In this document: piece after piece, positions 37,783 through 45,715 of the stretch | Numbering within the stretch: the stretch's first letter is position 1 | How the letters are laid out: each line of letters starts with the position of its first letter | The notes under the pieces: model-generated | Databases searched by the model: none | Told to the model about the DNA's origin: nothing | What the model saw: only the letters and a program-made list of their open reading frames with translations | Assembly (NCBI GenBank): GCA_029212845.1 | Contig: JARGPD010000003.1 | Span: 3,417 to 67,416, forward strand | DNA length: 64,000 bases | Direction: 5' to 3' | From: Planctomycetota bacterium | Lineage (GTDB): Bacteria > Planctomycetota > UBA1135 > GCA-002686595 | Position numbers and translations under genes: made by a program

Positions 37783-39089
37783 TGATCTCTCCGGATGACG
37801 ATGTGGTCGCCGACCTCGGTCACGGTGCCGTCGATCGAGGCGTGGATCGCGACGCCGAGCCCGTCGGGGGCGGCGCCGATCTCGTCGCCGACGCGCACCA
37901 GGGCGCCGACGGCCACGCGCGCCACTGCCGGCGCGCCGATGTGCTGCTGCAAGGGGATGCGGACCTCCGCCGGCTCCCAGCGCACGTCGACCAGCGGGCC
38001 GACGTTCTGGAAGCGCAAGAGGTCGAGCTTCTTCATCAGGCTCGAGACCGGCACGTGGCGGTAGTCCTGCATGGAGTGGGGCTTGGTGGGCTTGCCCTTG
38101 GCCGGGTGCTCGAGGCCCCTGAGCTTCATCATGACCTTGTTGTCGGCGCAGGCGTCCTTGGGGAACAGGTCCTCGGGGCACGCGTAGAGCGTGCACAGGT
38201 TGCACTCGCAGCAGAAGGAGCTGCCGAGGATCATAGCGTCGCCGACCATGTTGAACTCGAGCCCGCGCATCGCGAGGTGCGGCTCGACCGGGTGGCCCAG
38301 GAGGTAGCGCGGGCACAGCTCGGTGCAGAAGCTGCACTGGTCGCAGGCCGACTTGGCGATGATGTCGCGGGCCGGCTTCTCGACCTCGTAGCGCGTCACC
38401 AGACCGTGGCCCTCGGGGAAGCACAGGAGGCCACCGGTCGTGCGCGTGACCACGGTCGAGTAGTCCTTGACCAGCTTGCCCATCATCACGCCGCCATCGA
38501 GCACACCGCCCAGGGTCGAGACGTCGACGCCGACAGCGGCAAGGACCTCGGCGTAGCTGATGCCGACCGGGGCGCGCACGGTGACCGGCTCGGGCACCAT
38601 GCCGCCGATGGTCAGGAACTTGTGGGTGACCGGCGCCGCCAAGGAGATGTTCAGCAGGGTCTCGACGTTGGTCACCACGCAGCCCACATCGAGGGGCAGG
38701 CCGCCGGGCGGCACCACGCGGCCGGTGGCCTCGTAGATCGTGATGAACTCGTCGCCGGCGGGGTAGAAGTCGCCCAGGGCGAACACCGTCAGGTGGTCCT
38801 CGGCGGCCAGGGCCTCCTCGAGCGCGGCGATGCGGTCGACGTACTTCTCCTTGATCGCGACGATGCCACGCGTGGCGCCGACCTCGTCCATCATGGAGCG
38901 CAGCCCGGCCAGGACGTGGTCCTGGTAGTGGTGCAGCAGCTCCTTGTCCTTGTGCAGCAGGGGCTCGCACTCGGCCGCGTTGACGATCACGATCTCGGCC
39001 GTGGCTTGGGCCTTCACGTAGGTCGGGAAGCCAGCGCCGCCGGCGCCGACCACGCCGTGGGAGCGCAGGCGATCAGTGAGGGTCGTCAT
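37779..39089 (-). CDS. pduS: PduS/RnfC-like flavin Fe-S oxidoreductase (microcompartment-associated)
   Basis: GVVGAGGAGFPTYVK, NAAECEPLL, YPAGDE, NVETLLNI, GGVMMG, CDQCSFCTELCP, CCECNLCTLYACP, QHIGAPA, IHASIDG. Confidence 0.92.
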   Translation of the reverse strand: MTTLTDRLRSHGVVGAGGAGFPTYVKAQATAEIVIVNAAECEPLLHKDKELLHHYQDHVLAGLRSMMDEVGATRGIVAIKEKYVDRIAALEEALAAEDHLTVFALGDFYPAGDEFITIYEATGRVVPPGGLPLDVGCVVTNVETLLNISLAAPVTHKFLTIGGMVPEPVTVRAPVGISYAEVLAAVGVDVSTLGGVLDGGVMMGKLVKDYSTVVTRTTGGLLCFPEGHGLVTRYEVEKPARDIIAKSACDQCSFCTELCPRYLLGHPVEPHLAMRGLEFNMVGDAMILGSSFCCECNLCTLYACPEDLFPKDACADNKVMMKLRGLEHPAKGKPTKPHSMQDYRHVPVSSLMKKLDLLRFQNVGPLVDVRWEPAEVRIPLQQHIGAPAVARVAVGALVRVGDEIGAAPDGLGVAIHASIDGTVTEVGDHIVIRRDQ

Positions 39090-39130
39090 AGGGGGGAGGT
39101 GTCCGGGGTCCGGGCCGAGAGTATACGCCC

Positions 39131-39913
39131 TCAGAAGCCCTTGGCGAGGAAGCCCCCGTCGACCGCGAGCACCTGGCCCGTCACGTACGATGCCGCCGGG
39201 GAAGCCAGGAACGCGATCGGGGCCGCGACCTCGACGGGCTCGGCGATGCGGCCGAGGGGCGTCGCCTCCAGCACGCGCTCCAGGTAGGCCGGATCGCCAA
39301 GGACGCCCTCGACCAGCGGCGTGCGGGTGTACCAGGGCGAGACCGCGTTGACCCGCACCGGGCAGGCGGCCCACTCGACCGCTAGGTTGCGCACCAGCTG
39401 GGCCAGGGCCGCCTTGGTCATCGCGTAGGGGGCGCCGGTCGGGATGTGGGTGTGGCCCGCGACGGAAAGGACGTAGACGAGCGCGCTGTCCTGACCCCGG
39501 GCCAAGAGCGGGTAGGCGCCCATCGAGAGGGCGAAGGAGGCGTGCAGGTTGGTATCCAGGATGCCGGCATACTCTGCTGGGGAGTACTCCACGGCGGCCT
39601 TGCGCAGGTTGGTGCCGACGTTCGAGACGAGCGCGTCCAGTGCGCCCCCAAAGTGCCCATCGAGCCGCTCGAAGAGCGCCGCCCTGGCCCCCGGGTCGGT
39701 CACGTCCATGGCCAGCCCCTCGACGCGCCCCCCGGCGTCCGGGCCCAGGTCGCGACGCCACTCCGCGAGGCGCCGCTCGAGCCGCCCAGCGTCCCGCGCG
39801 ACGGTGAAGACCCGCGCCCCCTCGCCCAGCAAGAGCTCGACCACCGCCCGGCCGATGCCGCGCGTGCCGCCGGTCACGAGGACGCGGCGACCTGCCCAGC
39901 CCTTGGCCCCCAT
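39131..39913 (-). CDS. Short-chain dehydrogenase/reductase (tropinone-reductase-like)
   Basis: VTGGTRGIG, SNVGTN, YAMTK, RVNAVSPWYTRT, ASYVTGQVLAVDGG. Confidence 0.9.
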   Translation of the reverse strand: MGAKGWAGRRVLVTGGTRGIGRAVVELLLGEGARVFTVARDAGRLERRLAEWRRDLGPDAGGRVEGLAMDVTDPGARAALFERLDGHFGGALDALVSNVGTNLRKAAVEYSPAEYAGILDTNLHASFALSMGAYPLLARGQDSALVYVLSVAGHTHIPTGAPYAMTKAALAQLVRNLAVEWAACPVRVNAVSPWYTRTPLVEGVLGDPAYLERVLEATPLGRIAEPVEVAAPIAFLASPAASYVTGQVLAVDGGFLAKGF

Positions 39914-40581
39914 CACCAGGGCAGCTCGCGCCCGTCCTGGTGCCAGAAGCGGCCGGTGTTCTCGGGGCCGAGCTCCTCGATGCGCGCCAGGAGCCCGCGC
40001 ACGCTCTCCTCGACCGAGATGCCCCGGCCGCCGGTCATGTCCGTAGCGACCATGCCCGGGTGCAGCATGCCGACTGAGATGGTCCGGCTGGCCAGGTCGC
40101 GCGCCAGGCTCACGCCGGCCGCGTTGACCGCCGCCTTGGACATGCGGTAGCCGTAGGAGCCGCCCGAGCCGTTGTCCGTCATCGAGCCCATCAGGCTGGT
40201 GATGATCGCGATCTTGGAGTTCTCGTACAGGTTGTCGCGGAAGGCGCGCGTCAGGCGCAGCGGCCCCAGCGCGTTGGTGCGGAACATGCGCTCGGCCGCC
40301 GCGAAGGCCTCCTCGTCGAGCTCGTCCCAGTCCGCTCGCTCGTAGGACCCCGCGTTGTGGATCAGGACGTCGATGTCGATGCAGTCGAGCTCGAGCGCCA
40401 GGGGCTCGAGGGCGACCGGGTCGTTGACGTCGATGCCGTCGTAGACCGTCACGTCGAGGGCCGCGAGCTCGTCGCTGGAGGTGCGGCAGACGGCGAAGAT
40501 CTCTTCGTTGCGCGCGGCGAGCTGCCGGCAGAATTCGAGGCCGATGCCGCGGTTGGCGCCGGTGACCAGGTAGGACTGCAT
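39913..40581 (-). CDS. Short-chain dehydrogenase/reductase (C-factor/CsgA-like)
   Basis: VTGANRGIG, HNAG, MGSMTDNGSGGSYGYRMSK, HPGMVATDM. Confidence 0.9.
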   Translation of the reverse strand: MQSYLVTGANRGIGLEFCRQLAARNEEIFAVCRTSSDELAALDVTVYDGIDVNDPVALEPLALELDCIDIDVLIHNAGSYERADWDELDEEAFAAAERMFRTNALGPLRLTRAFRDNLYENSKIAIITSLMGSMTDNGSGGSYGYRMSKAAVNAAGVSLARDLASRTISVGMLHPGMVATDMTGGRGISVEESVRGLLARIEELGPENTGRFWHQDGRELPW

Positions 40582-40694
40582 GGATCGGATCGGAGGCTGG
40601 GGTCAAAGGAGGTGCCCATGATGCCCTCGACCCCCCGCTCTGTGCCACCTGGTCGGCGACAATAGGGTGCCCCTAGCCTCCGGCTGCGCCCGAA

Positions 40695-41074
40695 TCAGCT
40701 CGGCCATGCGCCTAGGATCAGCCCAAAGAGCAAGAACTGGGTCCCGTGGTAGCCGCCATCGATCAAGAGCAGCGGCAGCCCGCGGTTCGCGAACTGGTAG
40801 TCGATCCCGAAGCTCGCCGCCACGCATCCCAGCCCGACCAGCAGCCCGAGGCGCAAGCCGCGGCCGAGGCTCGCGTCCTGGCCCATCGCCTGGCCCATGA
40901 CCAGGGCCGCGAGAACACGAGGACCTTGGTCGGATGGCCGTTGTCGGCCTTCGGGTCGCTACCAGAAGCCTCGCACTAGAGCTTCCCGAAGGGCGGCTGC
41001 GAGCACCACAGGCCACCGAGCACGAAGGCCCAGAGGGTAGCGACGAGAGGACCCCAGAGGTTGATGTCGGTCAT
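40695..41074 (-). pseudogene. DUF1761-family membrane protein pseudogene
   Basis: MTDINLWGPLVATLWAFVLGGLWCSQPPFGKL-stop (TAG 40976-40978) then CEASG..GHPTKV, then a frameshift into GLLVGLGCVAASFGIDYQFANR...IDGGYHGTQFLLFGLILGAW. Confidence 0.72.
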
Positions 41075-41172
41075 GGGCCCCGTCTGGGGCTTGCTGCGAC
41101 CAAGGCGTCCCGGTGGAATGCGTCGCCAGCTGGTGCGCCCAGGGCGGGACCGGTAGCCCCGGACGGGAGCTG

Positions 41173-41994
41173 CTAGGCCGGGCCGCGCACGGCGCGCGAG
41201 CTGAAGCAAAGGGGCAGGAACTCGCCCAAGAGCCGGCCTGGCTCGGTGTCCTCGTACAGGTCGGTCAGCACCAGGCCGGCGCGCAGCTGGCCGCCCAGCT
41301 GGTCGACCAGGCTGTGGCTGTGCTGGATCGGCCCCTCGGCGGCCAGGTGCGCCTCCAGCTCGGCCCGGCTGCGGCCACTTGCGTCGCTGTACGGCAGGCG
41401 GTGGGCGACGCGGAACTCCGACGGCGAAGTCGCCGCCTCTTCGCCGGCCGCGTCGAACAGGAACAGGTCGGGGTTCATGAAGCCCGCAAGCAGCACCCCC
41501 CCGGGACGCAGCACGCGCCGGAGCTCACGCCAGACCGGCTCGAGCTCCGGCGCGAAGGTGTTCGAGACCGGGTGGAAGCACAGGTCGAAGCTCGCGTCGT
41601 CGAAGGCGCCCAGGTCGTCCATGTAGCCCTGGACCGTGCGGATGCCGAGGTCATGGGCCAGCGAGCGCTCGGCGTCCCGGGCCAGCTGCTCGGCGGAGGC
41701 GTCGAAGGAGGTCACCTCGGCCCCGGCCGCCGCGAGCACCGGCGCCTGCTGACCACCGCCCGACGCCAGGCACAGGAGCCGCGTCCCGGCGAGCCCGGCG
41801 CTTGGATCGGGGGCGGCTGGGTTGGCGAACCACTCGCGCGGCACCGGCTTGGCATAGGTCAGGACCACCGACCAAGCGCCCCGCCGGGCCGCGTCGAGGA
41901 CCTCGTCCCCCACCGGGGTCGACCAGGGGCTCCCGCCCGCCGCCTCGCGGTCCCAGGCGGCGCGGTTCTGGCGCTTGATCCAGTCGGCGTCCAT
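41173..41994 (-). CDS. Class I SAM-dependent methyltransferase
   Basis: LLCLASGGGQQ, FDASAEQL, FDLCFHPVSN, RVLRPGG. Confidence 0.88.
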   Translation of the reverse strand: MDADWIKRQNRAAWDREAAGGSPWSTPVGDEVLDAARRGAWSVVLTYAKPVPREWFANPAAPDPSAGLAGTRLLCLASGGGQQAPVLAAAGAEVTSFDASAEQLARDAERSLAHDLGIRTVQGYMDDLGAFDDASFDLCFHPVSNTFAPELEPVWRELRRVLRPGGVLLAGFMNPDLFLFDAAGEEAATSPSEFRVAHRLPYSDASGRSRAELEAHLAAEGPIQHSHSLVDQLGGQLRAGLVLTDLYEDTEPGRLLGEFLPLCFSSRAVRGPA

Positions 41995-42021
41995 GCCTCG
42001 AGTCTAGCCGGCGGATGCGGG

Positions 42022-43701
42022 CTAGACCGGCACCAGCTCGCGGTAGGCGGGCTCCCACATGGCCCGGTCGAGCTTCTCGGCGACACCTTCGGGCGACAGC
42101 AGGTCGGCGGTGCCATCGGCCTGGGCGGCCAGGGCGACGGCCTTGGCGACCGAGAGGCTGACCTCGCGGATCGCGGTCAAGGGGGGCAGCAGGACGGCGG
42201 TCGGGTCGTCGATCGCCGGGCTGTGCTCGGCCAGGGCCCGGGCGGCGGCCAGGAACATGTGCTCGCTGATGCGGCGCGCGTTGACCGCGCTCACCGCCAG
42301 GCCGATCGCGGGGAAGATGTACACGTTGTTGCACTGGGCGATCGTGCGCTCTTGGCCCTCGAAGTCCACGGCGCCGAAGGGGCTGCCGGTGGCCACCAAG
42401 GCGCGGCCATCGGTCCATGCCAGGAGCTCGGCCGGGGTCGCCTCGGCCCGGGACGTGGGGTTCGAGAGGGGCAGGATCACGGGCCGGTCGGTGAACTCGA
42501 GCAGCGGCCGCACCAGCTCTTCGGTGAAGGTGCCGGGCTGACCGGTGGTGCCGATCATCACGGTCGGGCGCGCGGCCGCGATCACCTCTTCGGTGGTCAC
42601 GCGGCCCGAGCCGTCCCCCCAGAGTGCGAGCTCCGCGTCGGCCTGCATGCGCTGCTTCAGGGGCGTCAGGTCGTCGCGCCCCGCGTGCACCAGCCCGCGC
42701 GAGTCGCAGACCAGGACCCGCTGCATGGCCTCGTCCCGGGTCAGCCCCTCCTCCTCCAGCGCCATCAGGAGCAGCTTGAAGGCTCCGAATCCCGCCGAGC
42801 CGGCACCGACGCTCAGGAAGACCTGGTCGACGAGCCGCTCGCCCTTTGCGGCCAGGGCCGACAGGATCGTGCCCAGGATCACCGCGGCCGTGCCTTGGAT
42901 GTCGTCGTTGAAGGTGCACAGGCGGTTGCGGTACCGCGCCAGGAGCGGCTCGGCGTTGGCCGAGGCGAAGTCCTCCCACTGCAGCAGCACCCGCGGGAAG
43001 CGCCGGGTCGTCGCCTGCACGAAGCGCTCGACGAACTTGTCGTACTCCTCGCCGCGCACGCGCTTGCTGCGCCAGCCCTGGTAGCGCGGGCTCGCCAGGC
43101 GATCCTCGTTGTCGGTGCCGAGATCGAGCAGCACCGGCAGGGTGCGCGCCGGGTCGATGCCGCCGCACAGGCTGTAGAGGGTCAGCTTGCCGATCGGGAT
43201 GCCCATGCCGCCGGCGCCCTGGTCGCCGAGGCCCAGGATGCGCTCACCGTCGGTCACCACGATCACGTCCACGTCGCCCTCGACGTTGGCCAGGACCTCG
43301 TCCATCTCGTCGCGGTTCGGGTAGCTGATGTACACGCCCCGCGGCCGCCGGAAGATGCTCCCGAAGTTCTCGCACGCCTTGCCGACGACCGGGGTGTAGA
43401 CGATCGGCGTCATCTCTTCGATGTGCTCCATCAAGAGTCGGTAGAAGACCGTCTCGTTCTCGTCCTGGATCTGGCGCAGGAAGATGTGCCGCTCGAGGTC
43501 GTGACCCTTGCGCTTGTACTCCCGGTAGATGCGCGAGACCTGGTCCTCGAGGGAGTTCACGTGGGGCGGCAGCAGGCCGCGCAGGCGGAAGATGTGGCGC
43601 TCCTCGCTCGTGAAGGCCGTGCCCTTGTTCAGCAGCGGGTTCTCGAGCAGGGCGCGTCCGCGCTGGGTCACGGGGATCGGGGGAGGCGTGCTGCTAGTCA
43701 T
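42022..43701 (-). CDS. maeA: NAD-dependent malic enzyme
   Basis: PLLNKGTAF, PIVYTPVVG, VTDGERILGLGDQG, QWEDF, FNDDIQGTAAV, GAGSAG, PLSNPT, QCNNVYIFP. Confidence 0.96.
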   Translation of the reverse strand: MTSSTPPPIPVTQRGRALLENPLLNKGTAFTSEERHIFRLRGLLPPHVNSLEDQVSRIYREYKRKGHDLERHIFLRQIQDENETVFYRLLMEHIEEMTPIVYTPVVGKACENFGSIFRRPRGVYISYPNRDEMDEVLANVEGDVDVIVVTDGERILGLGDQGAGGMGIPIGKLTLYSLCGGIDPARTLPVLLDLGTDNEDRLASPRYQGWRSKRVRGEEYDKFVERFVQATTRRFPRVLLQWEDFASANAEPLLARYRNRLCTFNDDIQGTAAVILGTILSALAAKGERLVDQVFLSVGAGSAGFGAFKLLLMALEEEGLTRDEAMQRVLVCDSRGLVHAGRDDLTPLKQRMQADAELALWGDGSGRVTTEEVIAAARPTVMIGTTGQPGTFTEELVRPLLEFTDRPVILPLSNPTSRAEATPAELLAWTDGRALVATGSPFGAVDFEGQERTIAQCNNVYIFPAIGLAVSAVNARRISEHMFLAAARALAEHSPAIDDPTAVLLPPLTAIREVSLSVAKAVALAAQADGTADLLSPEGVAEKLDRAMWEPAYRELVPV

Positions 43702-44044
43702 GGGGGAGCTCGAGATTCGGGCGTGGAGCAGGTCGCGCTCGGGGGCGACCGGGCCTTTGACGGGTGGGGCCGCGTCGGAGTACGAGCCGTCCACAGTAGC
43801 GGGGTCGCGCCCAAGTCGATGCGCCCCTGGGCCGCTTGCTGCACCAGCGGCAGGATCCGTACCTCCAGGCCACGCAGCCGCCGAGAGCTGGCTGGGCCCA
43901 TCGCCTCCGCGAGGGAATGTCCAGGGGTGCGAGCCGCGCCTTGCCTGGGGCCTCGGATGGCGGAGAATGGAAGCGGAGCCCCCGTCCCCCTCGACGACCG
44001 CCTCCCACGGGCACGACTCGGCCCAAGACCCAACCGCAACGACC

Positions 44045-44839
44045 ATGTCCGCACCCTCCACCCGCGCCCTCGCCGGGGTCGTCCTGGCCCTGACCGCCCT
44101 CGCCTGCCAGGCACCCCGTTCCGGGAGCCTCGAGCCCAGCCAACCCGCGGCCACAGAGCAGGCCGAGGCTCCCGTCGAGCTGCACCACGCCGAGCCCGCG
44201 GCGCAGGCCGAGCCGACCACCGGGGCCCCCAACCGCGACCTGCACGGCCCGGCGGACACCGAGCGCTACATCTCGATGCTAGCCAGCGACCGCCGCATCG
44301 AGGAGCTCAAGCCCGACCTCGTCGCGCGCCGCATCTACGAGCGCGCGAACCTGACGCCGGCCTCCGTCGTCGCCGACATCGGCTGCGGTCCCGGCGTCTT
44401 CGACTGGCCCCTCGCCGCCCTCCTGCCCGCCGGCCACGTGCTCGCGATCGACGTCGAGCCGCGCCAGCTCGACACCCTGCGCGCCGGCATCCTGGAGCGC
44501 GGGCTCACCAACGTCATCCCGGTGCTCGCGTCCTACGAGACGCCGCACATCCCGCCGGCCGGCGCCGACGTGATCTTCATCGCCGACACCTACCACCACT
44601 TCGAGGACCGCGTCGCCTACTTCCGCGGCCTGCGCTCGGCGCTCAAGCCCGGCGGCTCGCTGGTGCTGCTCGAGTACAAGGATGGCGACCTGCCGATCGG
44701 CCCGCCGGCCGCCCACAAGGTGCCCCTGGTCGAGCGCCACGCCGAGCTGGACGAGGCCGGCTACGAGCTCGTCGAGACCCTCGGCACCCACATCTGGCAC
44801 GACTTCGAGTTCTGGCGCCTGCGCAGGGCCGAGCGCTAG
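44045..44839 (+). CDS. Lipoprotein class I SAM-dependent methyltransferase
   Basis: Lipobox TALAC; VADIGCGPG, AIDVE, DTYHHF, LKPGGSLVLLEY. Confidence 0.85.
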   Translation: MSAPSTRALAGVVLALTALACQAPRSGSLEPSQPAATEQAEAPVELHHAEPAAQAEPTTGAPNRDLHGPADTERYISMLASDRRIEELKPDLVARRIYERANLTPASVVADIGCGPGVFDWPLAALLPAGHVLAIDVEPRQLDTLRAGILERGLTNVIPVLASYETPHIPPAGADVIFIADTYHHFEDRVAYFRGLRSALKPGGSLVLLEYKDGDLPIGPPAAHKVPLVERHAELDEAGYELVETLGTHIWHDFEFWRLRRAER

Positions 44840-44856
44840 CCCCGCTCCTAGCTGCC

Positions 44857-45612
44857 ATGTACGTCGCCGCGCTGCTGCTGATCGTCCTGCTCTCGATCTT
44901 CGTCGTACGAGCGGGGGCCGTGGCGCTCGCGATGACCGGTCTCTCCCCCGACGTCGCCCGCTTCCAGGCCCTCTCGGCCTTCACCGGCACGGGCTTCACC
45001 ACGAGCGAGGCCGAGTCCCTCGTCGGCCATCCCGCGCGGCGCAACATCATCAGCCTGCTCATGCTGCTGGGCAACGCCGGCCTGTTCAGCGCCCTCGCCG
45101 CGGTCATCCTGAGCTTCTCCCAGGCCCAGGACGACGAGGTCCTCACCAGCATCCTCGGCATCATCGTCGGGCTCCTGGTGCTGCTCGGCCTCTCCAACGT
45201 CAGGCTGCTCAACGTGCTGCTCAACCGCGTCCTGCAGCGCCTCTTCGGCCGCTTCTCGACCCTGCGCATCCGGGACTACGAGGAGCTCCTGCGTGTCGAC
45301 CGTGGCTACTCGATCAGCCACGTGATGGTCGATCGCGGCGGCTGGCTCGAGGACCGGTCCCTGCGCGAGCTCGCGATGGTCTCCGAGGGCATCCTGGTGC
45401 TCAGTATCCGGCGATCGACCGGCACCACCCTGGACACCCCCGGACCCATGACGCGCCTCTTCGCCGGGGACCAGCTCCTGGTCTACGGGCGCGAGCGCGA
45501 TCTCGAGGCCCTCCCCACGCGACCCGCGGGCGCGCCCGGCGACCGGATCCACGCGACCGCCGTCGAGCAGCAGCGCCTGCGCCGGGCCGAAGAGAGCGCG
45601 GAGGGCGCCTGA
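44857..45612 (+). CDS. Membrane protein with a K+-channel-like pore motif and a TrkA-C domain
   Basis: ALAMTGLS..VARFQALSAFTGTGFTTSEAE, LMLLGNAG; C-terminal GILVLSIRR...AGDQLLVYG. Confidence 0.85.
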   Translation: MYVAALLLIVLLSIFVVRAGAVALAMTGLSPDVARFQALSAFTGTGFTTSEAESLVGHPARRNIISLLMLLGNAGLFSALAAVILSFSQAQDDEVLTSILGIIVGLLVLLGLSNVRLLNVLLNRVLQRLFGRFSTLRIRDYEELLRVDRGYSISHVMVDRGGWLEDRSLRELAMVSEGILVLSIRRSTGTTLDTPGPMTRLFAGDQLLVYGRERDLEALPTRPAGAPGDRIHATAVEQQRLRRAEESAEGA

Positions 45613-45715
45613 TTCCAAGGCCTCCGACAGCAACAAGCGGGCCCCCGGCCCGTAGTTCGCCCAGTCCCACCCCCTAGGGAGGGCGTCCACCCCCACCGCC
45701 ACTCACCGATCTCCC

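Noticed and set aside
40976..40978. In-frame TAG as pyrrolysine or recoding
   Set aside because: It replaces an expected Trp, a second frameshift lesion follows, and TAG is used as a normal stop by many genes here.
41113..44856. 1499-aa ORF 41113..45612 as one giant protein
   Set aside because: Most of it is antisense to the methyltransferase and malic enzyme or out of frame with 44045..44839; only the last 251 codons (from 44857) form a real TrkA-C membrane protein.
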